Of a stretch of 62,532 nt of DNA, positions 55,349 to 62,532 are shown one piece after another. The notes beneath the pieces were generated by a model. That model worked only from the letters and a program-made list of their open reading frames with translations, made no database searches and was not told the origin of the DNA. Position numbers and translations under genes: made by a program. The DNA is from an uncultured virus (IMG/VR IMGVR_UViG_3300047471_001174). Lineage: Duplodnaviria > Heunggongvirae > Uroviricota > Caudoviricetes. The stretch is from the IMG/VR virus record IMGVR_UViG_3300047471_001174. One strand, given 5' to 3'. Each line of letters begins with the position of its first letter. Position 1 is the stretch's first letter.

Positions 55349-55679
55349 TCTTTTTACCCCTAGCTAGTTTCTTGGTCAATTTGACGCTGAACAGTCTCCC
55401 AGCGTGTATCTCCTTGAGGACGAACTCGCCGTCAAACCGGTAAGTCACATCGTTGATGTCGGCGTCGTCCCCGCCAACCGCGATGTCCTGCTCAGGGAAC
55501 ATCCTGCGTAGGGCCATTGCAACCGGGCAACGAGCACAGCTGAGGTAGCCCAGCGACGTCGCGTAGGCCAGCTCATTTACGTCCAGCATGAACTCATCAG
55601 GAATCTCAAGTTCGTTTACAGCAGACATGCCATACTCCTGTTGAAATTGATCACGAATTGTCATTTCTTCACCCATCAC
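55332..55679 (-). CDS. hypothetical protein (tandem paralog of 55085..55348)
   Basis: C..CPVAMALR..FP..DI.VGG...YRFDG. Confidence 0.65.
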   Translation of the reverse strand: MMGEEMTIRDQFQQEYGMSAVNELEIPDEFMLDVNELAYATSLGYLSCARCPVAMALRRMFPEQDIAVGGDDADINDVTYRFDGEFVLKEIHAGRLFSVKLTKKLARGKKNDNSC

Positions 55680-56287
55680 TCATCCTCTGGGCCAATTGAC
55701 TTGCACCGGTTGAGCCAGACGGTCAGTGCCACCTGGGATTTGTGTGGTTTGCCTGTCCAACCAAAGCGTCGCTTGACGATCTGGTATTCGTCACCCGTGT
55801 CGCTAACCACGAAATCCCCCACAATCGGTTCAAAGCTGAACCTGGGAAAGTCCTCACCGCCGCGGCCGCGAGGCTTGAGCTCGTACTTCACGATGATCAC
55901 ATCGTTCTTCATATCCGCGAGCGTGGTAGCTGTGGCATAGATCATCCTGTGCACAATCTGAGGCTTGTCCTCTGGCTCGGGCGCCGGCGGAGGATCTTCG
56001 GGTCCATCATTGGGGTTGGGCACAAGCTGAGCCTTTGACCCGATCGACAAGGCTCTCGCCTTTTCTTTAGCCCTGTCAAACCAGACACCCGAGCCGTCGT
56101 ACCCGTCGTCAGGCTCCTTCGACTGTGCCGGCTTGTATGACCTCGGTACGAAGATGTCCCCCGCTTCCGCGACCAGCGACTGATCAGCTCTGGTCCAGAC
56201 CGACACCAGCCTGACCGGTTGCTCATCCACGCAGGACCACAGATACGCACAAGCCAACAGCAGGCCGGTTAGTTTGCAGTAAATCAC
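55676..56287 (-). CDS. hypothetical exported protein or lipoprotein
   Basis: Hydrophobic N-terminus ending LWSC. Confidence 0.6.
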   Translation of the reverse strand: MIYCKLTGLLLACAYLWSCVDEQPVRLVSVWTRADQSLVAEAGDIFVPRSYKPAQSKEPDDGYDGSGVWFDRAKEKARALSIGSKAQLVPNPNDGPEDPPPAPEPEDKPQIVHRMIYATATTLADMKNDVIIVKYELKPRGRGGEDFPRFSFEPIVGDFVVSDTGDEYQIVKRRFGWTGKPHKSQVALTVWLNRCKSIGPEDE

Positions 56288-56691
56288 GAATCACCTCCTT
56301 GCACTTGGGGAATTTGATCCACCTCATCAGGTGGATTTTCAAGAATCTCGGGCCACTGACTACGCTGTCCGTCCATCACTATGTAGGTCTTAGGCTCATC
56401 GCCGTTGTCGACCACGTAGATCAGCAGGTTCGAATCACTGCAGTGATCTGGCGCCAACGCGATGCACCAGCCGTTTCTGCGTCTCTCGATCACCATCTCG
56501 GGAATGCTCATGTGTCCCGTGTGATCGGCCGGACGCCCCATTTGAATCGTCAGCCCGCAGTGATTCTCAATCAACAGCTCGACGAGCGGGGCAGCGAAGT
56601 CCACGTAACCGCAGTCAGGTCCCTGGTAGGTGGGAATCCTGACCAGGATGCTGCGGATCGCGTCCCCGGGGTTAAACACTGGCTCGCTCAT
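56284..56691 (-). CDS. hypothetical protein
   Basis: AAGGAG RBS; 135 aa. Confidence 0.65.
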   Translation of the reverse strand: MSEPVFNPGDAIRSILVRIPTYQGPDCGYVDFAAPLVELLIENHCGLTIQMGRPADHTGHMSIPEMVIERRRNGWCIALAPDHCSDSNLLIYVVDNGDEPKTYIVMDGQRSQWPEILENPPDEVDQIPQVQGGDS

Positions 56692-57058
56692 TGCGAATCT
56701 CCTTGTCCAGACGACGTTGCCATTCGGCGAAGGGCTGCAGCTTGTCCCTGCGTTGGTCCGGACTCAACACAGACCACCCATCAATCAGGTTGGTCACCGA
56801 CAACGGGATGCGTTCGTCACTGGCTATTTCCATAGTCAAACTGTGCGTCCATGCAGCAAATTTACTCGCACTATTGGCTGCATTCCGGATCATCGTCAGA
56901 CAACCGCACTTCTGACCATTCGGACACTGGCCCACATCACCTGAGGGACTCGCGAACTGAAACAACAGCGCTCCGTCGAGCCACGCGGCCTCAGTGCTGG
57001 ATCCAGGCAGGTTTATCAGCCTCTCGATTTCCAGGTCATACTTGTCAAGTTCACTCAT
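56672..57058 (-). CDS. hypothetical protein, paralog family B
   Basis: D.YD..IERL...W...LF...CGCLTMIR...LT..I...IP...FA..QR..DK. Confidence 0.7.
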   Translation of the reverse strand: MSELDKYDLEIERLINLPGSSTEAAWLDGALLFQFASPSGDVGQCPNGQKCGCLTMIRNAANSASKFAAWTHSLTMEIASDERIPLSVTNLIDGWSVLSPDQRRDKLQPFAEWQRRLDKEIRNERASV

Positions 57059-57069
57059 TGCGTCTCCTT

Positions 57070-57435
57070 TTATTGGTCGTCCGGGACAGCAGTAACGTCG
57101 TTCTTCCTGAGTTTGCGGGCCCCAGCCATCCATGGCTCGACAGTGATTCCATTCAGACACTCGGCCAGTGTGGGCACAAATCCGAGATCTTCCAGCACGT
57201 GCCACATGGTGATATCTCGGACAAACACCCGTTTACCCGATTTGTTGATTAAATCCGGGCCAAACACCTGCTCGGCCAGGATGATTCCGAATGAGTTGTG
57301 CAGGATCAGCCGATGCCGGTTGTCGGCCAAGTGGGCCTTGGTGCTGTCCATCCACTGGTGAATGGGCAGGTAGTCCTCAACAACCCCGCCCCACTTCAGC
57401 ATCGATCGCTCTGCGTGCACTAGCGGATTGCTCAT
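57070..57435 (-). CDS. DUF6915-like protein
   Basis: P..HA..S..KWGG..EDYL.IH.W.D..K....D.RHR..LH...G...E..FG...HV.EDLG..P. Confidence 0.75.
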   Translation of the reverse strand: MSNPLVHAERSMLKWGGVVEDYLPIHQWMDSTKAHLADNRHRLILHNSFGIILAEQVFGPDLINKSGKRVFVRDITMWHVLEDLGFVPTLAECLNGITVEPWMAGARKLRKNDVTAVPDDQ

Positions 57436-57797
57436 GCGACCATCTCCTTCACATAGTAAGGGTCAGGGAAGCCGGCCGCTCGAACCGCGTCCCAGTCATC
57501 CGTCTCGTCGATATCGAGCCAGTTCCAATCACATTCAAAGTCAGTGGGCGTCTGGCCGGCAAAGAACTGGTCACACAGCCTCTTGCATTCTGCCAGAGCC
57601 GTCTCCTGGTCATAGTAGACCTGATTGAGGACATGCTCGCCATCTTCGTAGGAGTACTCGTCGTTGTACTCCCAATTGATGCCCAGGATAACCCAGGCCT
57701 TATCCGGTTTCTCTGCCGGAAGGGGCGAGCCGGGGATAGCCAGTGGCGCCGCAGCTGCCCGCCCGAAGAACGTTCGTCGACTGATTGAGTCAGACAT
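57432..57797 (-). CDS. hypothetical protein with twin-arginine-like N-terminus
   Basis: MSDSISRRTFFGRAAAAPLAI; acidic WEYNDEY domain. Confidence 0.65.
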   Translation of the reverse strand: MSDSISRRTFFGRAAAAPLAIPGSPLPAEKPDKAWVILGINWEYNDEYSYEDGEHVLNQVYYDQETALAECKRLCDQFFAGQTPTDFECDWNWLDIDETDDWDAVRAAGFPDPYYVKEMVA

Positions 57798-57807
57798 GGT
57801 ATCTCCA

Positions 57808-57825
57808 TAACTTTTTGAAAAGGTA
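57808..57825. promoter_or_regulatory. 18-bp palindrome copy 6 (TAACTTT-TTGA-AAAGGTA)
   Basis: One mismatch; abuts the GGAG RBS of ATG 57797. Confidence 0.62.
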
Positions 57826-57950
57826 AAAGACCGGTCAGGCCGCAGATCCCGCGGCGGGGCCGGCACCGCCTTTATGGTTTCTGTCCGCGTGGATGAGTAA
57901 CGACACGCGACAGTTCGGTTCCGCTCACGCGGCTTACGGACGATGCAGAC

Positions 57951-58187
57951 TCATGTGTCAGTGGCTGACCAGCCGTGGTTGTTCTTGCAGTGCAGCATGA
58001 CTGTCCCGTCATCGAAGTGGTAAATCTCGTGCGTGTCCCAGAGCACATGGATGTCTTCATGCGTGTAATCGAACTCATTGTCCTCGATAGGCTCGATGGG
58101 CTCGATAGGTGCGTGAACCAGCACATAAGTGGTCACTTCGTCGGCCGGCTCGCCGCACTCAGGACACAAGTGGGGTTGGAATTGCAT
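57951..58187 (-). CDS. small zinc-binding protein
   Basis: CPECG...C.NNH.W. Confidence 0.6.
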   Translation of the reverse strand: MQFQPHLCPECGEPADEVTTYVLVHAPIEPIEPIEDNEFDYTHEDIHVLWDTHEIYHFDDGTVMLHCKNNHGWSATDT

Positions 58188-58190
58188 CGG

Positions 58191-58391
58191 TTACAGCTCG
58201 CTTCCGTGGTACTGGATGTCGAAGAAGGCCGGGTCGTACCCGTGCCTGGCTGGGAATCGGATGTCGGGGTACTCCTCACGACGATCAGGCCAGGCGTCGT
58301 AATCGCTGGTTTTATCGGCTGCCTGTCGGACTGTGTCGTTTGTCTTCCGCACGCGGACAACTTCCATGATCAATCCTTTCAAACGTGCCAA
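58191..58391 (-). CDS. small hypothetical protein
   Basis: ORF in the gene run; probable start MEVV. Confidence 0.5.
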   Translation of the reverse strand: MARLKGLIMEVVRVRKTNDTVRQAADKTSDYDAWPDRREEYPDIRFPARHGYDPAFFDIQYHGSEL

Positions 58392-58405
58392 ATTGGTTAA
58401 ACCAA

Positions 58406-58903
58406 CTACGCCTTAGGCAGCTCCTTCTCGAACCTGGCCGGAGCGTCCTTATCGAGCGAGGTCAGCAGATCGTGCAGCGAGTCCAGGTTAGACGAAATGA
58501 TGCACCACGGCACACCGAGCTCGGGCAGGGAATTCGCTCGAAGAGCCAACAGCGTAGCGTAAGCCGTGCCAAAGATGTCGACCAACCGGTCCCGTTCGCA
58601 ACGCTTCACAACGGATGGTTGATCAGCCTTCTTGGTTTTATCTGCGAACGGACGCGACCAGGCATCCGCAAGGATTTGTTGCAGTCTGTCTCTGGCTATG
58701 TTCGCGGTTATCTCGTCCGAAAAGCAGGCCGGACAGACCAGTACTTGCAGCGATAACATAGCTCCCGTGGATCCTTCACATACGTATTGATTGTCTCTCA
58801 AATGCGAGTCACAAACGTCACAGCCGCACGCCGCACACCGAGTGCTGCCGTTGTTCTCGCAGTGAGCCCAATCGCAGATTGTGATCTCAATTGTCTTTTT
58901 CAT
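58406..58903 (-). CDS. Cys-rich (zinc-finger) hypothetical protein
   Basis: CD..HC...CAACGCDVCDSH...CPAC. Confidence 0.65.
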   Translation of the reverse strand: MKKTIEITICDWAHCENNGSTRCAACGCDVCDSHLRDNQYVCEGSTGAMLSLQVLVCPACFSDEITANIARDRLQQILADAWSRPFADKTKKADQPSVVKRCERDRLVDIFGTAYATLLALRANSLPELGVPWCIISSNLDSLHDLLTSLDKDAPARFEKELPKA

Positions 58904-59018
58904 GGGGATTCCCTGAATTGACGCCTACGCGTGAGAATCCGGGTGAGTGTGTCCCACCCGGCCCGAATAGCAAAACCTGTTCCAAGCTCAAACAACCTTT
59001 TACTTCAGCTACAACACA

Positions 59019-59204
59019 CTAACGCCCGCTCAAGCTCCGGCTCCCGCTCAGGCTCCAGCCCCGGTTCAGGCTCCCGCTCAGGCTCCAGCCCCAGTTCAGG
59101 CCCCCGCTCAGGCTCCGGCTCCCGCTCAAGCTCAGGCTCAGGCTCTTGCTCCGGCTCAGGCTCCAGCTCAAGCTCCTGCATTTTTGCTTCGCAGATCGTT
59201 TCAT
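59019..59204 (-). CDS. Ser-x dipeptide repeat microprotein
   Basis: ATGA overlap with the upstream gene; (S-L/W/R/G)n encoded by 6-bp repeats. Confidence 0.55.
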   Translation of the reverse strand: MKRSAKQKCRSLSWSLSRSKSLSLSLSGSRSLSGGLNWGWSLSGSLNRGWSLSGSRSLSGR

Positions 59205-59464
59205 TTAAGCCTCCCGAAGCTCTCGATTGACGAAATCTGAACGTACCAGTCTGACGGAAATCCCTGCGCTTCCTTCCAATCCTTCTCCAGCAGTGGCCCA
59301 GTCTCATAGACGATTGCTGCGTCTTTCAGGACGACGCAGGTGTCATTCACTCCAATGAGCAACCCGGTGTAGATGTAATTAAGACAGAAGAGCGTGATCC
59401 GCTCGCCCATGAAAGCCATGAGCCCATCGCCCTCCACTTCCTGCACGTTTACGAGTCTTCTCAT
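59201..59464 (-). CDS. small beta-barrel (Sm-like) phage protein
   Basis: GERITLFC.NYIYTG.L.GV....V.L.DA.IVYETG...WYV...SIESFG. Confidence 0.7.
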   Translation of the reverse strand: MRRLVNVQEVEGDGLMAFMGERITLFCLNYIYTGLLIGVNDTCVVLKDAAIVYETGPLLEKDWKEAQGFPSDWYVQISSIESFGRLK

Positions 59465-59522
59465 TTTGATCTGCCACTTTCATTTGAAATTGCCACTTTC
59501 ACGAAATGTCGTTCCAAACCCT

Positions 59523-60341
59523 CTACGGGGCCACTCTTCCATTTGCCACGAATGCCGCGTGAGTAATCGGCCAGCCTGCTACCAGTGCCAATTCGCACGC
59601 CCTGGCTGCCAAGTCAATCTCCCAGAGCGGGTAGCTGACGAATGTCGATTCCGGTGAATGCACGCGAAGCGACAGGAAGGCCATGAGCGACCGCGGATTG
59701 CAGGTCACCCAGCAGCCTGAGTAAATGCCAACATTCAGGCCATCACGCGCCAGCCCTGGATCGAACCCCATTTCCAGGTTTTCCAGGTAGTGGGCGTAGC
59801 TCCTCTCGTAGTCATCCCTCAGGTTGCTGCAAAGCTTCTCGAACTTCACGTCATCTTCGCACCGCAGAAACTTTGGCCTGCCTGGTTTCCAGCCGTCCAC
59901 CTTCATCATGGGCCGCTCACGGTCAGGCAGGTAGAAGATCGGCTCCAGTGTTTTATATCTGGCCGACTCTTCGTTGTAAGAAAAGCCGATCCGGTGCCGG
60001 TGCCACTCACGCCAGACAAACAGCGGTGCATGCACAAAGAACGTGATCGCCGAATGCTCAAAGGGAGTGCCGTGCCTGTGCTTGATGAGGTAGCCGATCA
60101 GGCCGGCCGTGTCCTTTTCTGACCACGGTTCGCCTTGGCTGTTCAATGCGACTGGAATCTCACCGTCTGCATCAAAAATGCATCCGGCATCTTCCAGCCA
60201 CTCGCGACTGACGCGAACCCCTTTTCTCGCAAAACTTAAGGCGGACGGCCCGTTTGTGCTCACCTTGGCGGCCGCCACAATCATGTGGTCCCCTCCCATC
60301 GCCTGCACCACGCGCACATCTACCGTTGATTTGAATTCCAT
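59523..60341 (-). CDS. thyX: FAD-dependent thymidylate synthase
   Basis: HGTPFEH, REWHRHR, SYNEESARY, ARDGL, NPRSLMAFLSLR. Confidence 0.95.
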   Translation of the reverse strand: MEFKSTVDVRVVQAMGGDHMIVAAAKVSTNGPSALSFARKGVRVSREWLEDAGCIFDADGEIPVALNSQGEPWSEKDTAGLIGYLIKHRHGTPFEHSAITFFVHAPLFVWREWHRHRIGFSYNEESARYKTLEPIFYLPDRERPMMKVDGWKPGRPKFLRCEDDVKFEKLCSNLRDDYERSYAHYLENLEMGFDPGLARDGLNVGIYSGCWVTCNPRSLMAFLSLRVHSPESTFVSYPLWEIDLAARACELALVAGWPITHAAFVANGRVAP

Positions 60342-60382
60342 TCTGTCCCCCAGTCTGTTTGAGTAATGATCGTTATTTGGCC

Positions 60383-60757
60383 TTACTTCCAGGTACGCCC
60401 CGTGACCTTGTCGACCAGCCTCTGCGCCCGTGCAAAACCCCGCAACGCAGCCCGTCGCCTGGCGAGCGAGACGCCCTTCTCCCAGAGGAGTTCGAGTTCT
60501 AGGATGCATTCAGGGATGCTCCTCATGCGGTGGATAGACTTAGTGAGTTCGCGGGTAGACGCGGGCATCCCGCTCCGTACCATAGTGGGACACCCACAAC
60601 CTGACAGCTGCGGCCCGCACATAGCGAACAGTCTCGACTCATCGTCGGGATGTTCAGCCGCGCCCCACACCCACCGCTGTTGCACGTCATTCCACGGCAT
60701 CCGTATCAGCCGCTCAATGGCCGCGTCGTAGAGGTCGGATTTTGATTTAGTCTTCAT
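60383..60757 (-). CDS. hypothetical protein, paralog family B
   Basis: DLYDAAIERL...LF...CGCPTMVR...LT.SI...IP...FA..QR.VDK. Confidence 0.7.
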   Translation of the reverse strand: MKTKSKSDLYDAAIERLIRMPWNDVQQRWVWGAAEHPDDESRLFAMCGPQLSGCGCPTMVRSGMPASTRELTKSIHRMRSIPECILELELLWEKGVSLARRRAALRGFARAQRLVDKVTGRTWK

Positions 60758-60805
60758 GGCCTTGTTGGTTTCTCCTGTTCTGTCTCGGGTGGATTGGTGT
60801 CTGTC

Positions 60806-61195
60806 TTACTGCCCAGTTCGCTGTTCGGGGTCCTTTTTCTCCGCTTCGACCGGCGAGTCGCCCCACAGGTCTATCGCATCGCCAAAAGCGATTAATACCG
60901 CCTCCACCACCCTGTCAGCCTTGTCATAGGCAGCCTGCGCCCCCGGTACTCCGTCATTCGCAGCAGACTCGAGCTGCTCGAGCCCCTTTTCGGCCAGGTA
61001 ATAAATGCTATTCAACGCGGCAAACAGCTCAGGCGCCGCGGCAATCAATTGACCGTTGCTTCTGTTGTAGACGGTGGCAATCGGCTGAGATCCCGTATCA
61101 CCATTTGGTGTCCCGTCTGCCAGGCGAATCGTCATGAACCCATTCGCATCCGGGCATTCATCGCACACCCATCTCTCTAATTCTGACTCAGACAT
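60806..61195 (-). CDS. hypothetical phage protein (LIAAAPEL family)
   Basis: NGQLIAAAPELFAAL. Confidence 0.7.
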   Translation of the reverse strand: MSESELERWVCDECPDANGFMTIRLADGTPNGDTGSQPIATVYNRSNGQLIAAAPELFAALNSIYYLAEKGLEQLESAANDGVPGAQAAYDKADRVVEAVLIAFGDAIDLWGDSPVEAEKKDPEQRTGQ

Positions 61196-61197
61196 TG

Positions 61198-61566
61198 TTA
61201 TTCGTCCCCTTCTGTTGCTTTGATGATGACTTTGCGGGCATCAAGAAACGCTTGTGAGGCGGGATCGGCGACCCACTCTCCGCTAGCCGTTTGCCTGTGG
61301 CCTGATGCGCCTGTGCGGGTCAACAAAAGGTTCCCGTATTCGCATAGGCGAATCAATGCGTCCAGCAGCTCAGGTGCCGCCGCTATCAGACGGCCATTGG
61401 CGTCCTGTTCATCCTCACTCAGCACATACCGGCTTTCCTCGTCCGCTACGACGATCTCAGCGATGTAGATGTCAGGATGTTCGCCAGTCGGATCATCCGC
61501 CACGACGAACTGCATGTCCTTGCGCCATGGTTTGGGCGTGTGCTTTGTCGTCTTTTTACCGGGCAT
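61198..61566 (-). CDS. hypothetical phage protein (LIAAAPEL family)
   Basis: KHTPKPW...ANGRLIAAAPELLDAL. Confidence 0.75.
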   Translation of the reverse strand: MPGKKTTKHTPKPWRKDMQFVVADDPTGEHPDIYIAEIVVADEESRYVLSEDEQDANGRLIAAAPELLDALIRLCEYGNLLLTRTGASGHRQTASGEWVADPASQAFLDARKVIIKATEGDE

Positions 61567-61815
61567 TGTCGCCGATCTCCTGTTGGTGTGGGTTTACTTG
61601 CCAGTTCGCTGCTCGTTTTGTTGCTCTCGACCTGGGCTTATTTACCCTGGCGTTCTCGAATCTCCTCGGGAATAGACAGCTCCACATCCAGCAGCTCTCG
61701 TAGCGACAATCCGTCATGGTTCAGCTCGCACAAAGCCTCGTTGATCAGCCTGTACGGGTCTCCCTTGCTGAGCCTTAGTGCCAGCAGCACGAGGGCTTTC
61801 AAAAAGGTGTCTTCA

Positions 61816-62112
61816 TCAAATTGACTCGTGAGTCTCTCCCTCGGCCCAATCCTGGCTCGACATTACCCGATTGATCGCAGTTGACCTGTCAGGCAGACAG
61901 ACGCCCACACGCGCCGTGTTGTTGCCTCGCACCCTGAAAGCCGTCCACAGATTCAGGCCTTCGCAGATCACAAATCCCAGGCAGGCGACCGGATTGCCTA
62001 TATCAGCCAGGATGCCATCGCCTGACTCAACTGCCAGCCAGATTGTCACGCCAGCCTGATTGTGCGGGGCGGCGACAACGCCGTAGTTCAAACTGTCCTT
62101 CTTGCCTGCCAT
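61816..62112 (-). CDS. hypothetical protein
   Basis: GAGGGAG RBS; 98 aa. Confidence 0.6.
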   Translation of the reverse strand: MAGKKDSLNYGVVAAPHNQAGVTIWLAVESGDGILADIGNPVACLGFVICEGLNLWTAFRVRGNNTARVGVCLPDRSTAINRVMSSQDWAEGETHESI

Positions 62113-62124
62113 GTTCTTTCTCCC

Positions 62125-62427
62125 TCAATGGTGTTTGCGGATCCCGGAAATCAGCGACTTGATCATCGTGACGGCGTCTTCCCCATGCTGTTCCCGCACG
62201 ACATCCTCGCAGGACTGTCCGTCGGGCGGCTTGATCAGCTCTTCGTCGAATTTGATGACGTCAAAGCCGGTCCGCGCGTCCAGGTAGGGCTTGAGCGGCC
62301 GTCCAAACGTGGCTGCGAATTGTTTGCCCCACGATTGGCGATTGTGGTGTTTCTCAGCCATATACATGCAGTCTGTCTGTAAAGGCATTATCAGTCTCCC
62401 CAATAAAAAGACCCGGCAGACTGTCAA
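62125..62427 (-). CDS. hypothetical phage protein
   Basis: F...FG..L......TGFD..KFD...HG.DA; true start probably downstream of 62400. Confidence 0.55.
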   Translation of the reverse strand: MTVCRVFLLGRLIMPLQTDCMYMAEKHHNRQSWGKQFAATFGRPLKPYLDARTGFDVIKFDEELIKPPDGQSCEDVVREQHGEDAVTMIKSLISGIRKHH

Positions 62428-62444
62428 ATGGACAATCTGCCGGG
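62405..62444 (-). terminator. intrinsic terminator
   Basis: CCCGGCAGA/TCTGCCGGG stem followed by TCTTTTT. Confidence 0.65.
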
Positions 62445-62532
62445 CAACTTGAACTTGAACGGACTCAGTTTTCAGACCTGGGATTTACCAGGGGAAAAAG
62501 GCCAGGATGTCCCCGTAACTCCCGATGGCGGC

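Noticed and set aside
59472..59500. Direct repeat TGCCACTTTC x2 downstream of thyX
   Set aside because: Only two copies, no match to the 18-bp palindrome, and no other support.
1..62532. Genome-wide stop-codon reassignment
   Set aside because: Well-identified genes translate full length in the standard code and end at TAA, TAG and TGA.
1..62532. Host assignment to Planctomycetota
   Set aside because: Only impressionistic hints (style of secreted peptides, Tat motif, the basic protein at 24274); not supportable without searches.

Overview
A 62.5-kb, GC-rich segment of a large (jumbo-type) bacteriophage-like genome. Essentially every credible gene is on the minus strand and densely packed, with many ATGA/GTGA overlaps; the long plus-strand ORFs are antisense shadows. 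In coordinate order it contains: (i) an RNA polymerase beta-like gene running off the left edge and missing from the ORF track; (ii) Gly/Ala-rich, probably virion-associated proteins with a recurring K-x-A motif, plus a 2H phosphoesterase; (iii) an ~11-kb glycan synthesis cluster (3 GT2, GT11, GT47/exostosin, 3 FkbM and 1 other methyltransferase, GDP-mannose 3,5-epimerase) with a BCS1-like AAA ATPase and a HAD nucleotidase inside it; (iv) Dam-type methylase, HldE-like kinase, GNATs, Nudix, a PurA-like synthetase, a vWA protein, a J-domain/kinase-fold protein and ThyX; (v) a compact tmRNA, a tRNA-His and several unexplained structured RNA candidates, three of them with tRNA-like acceptor/T-arm ends; (vi) about 25 kb of small, often paralogous hypothetical genes. 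An 18-bp palindrome (TAACTTT-N4-AAAGTTA) lies just upstream of six start codons. All family calls come from motif recognition by eye and RNA structures from manual pairing; no database search or folding was run, and the host is unknown.
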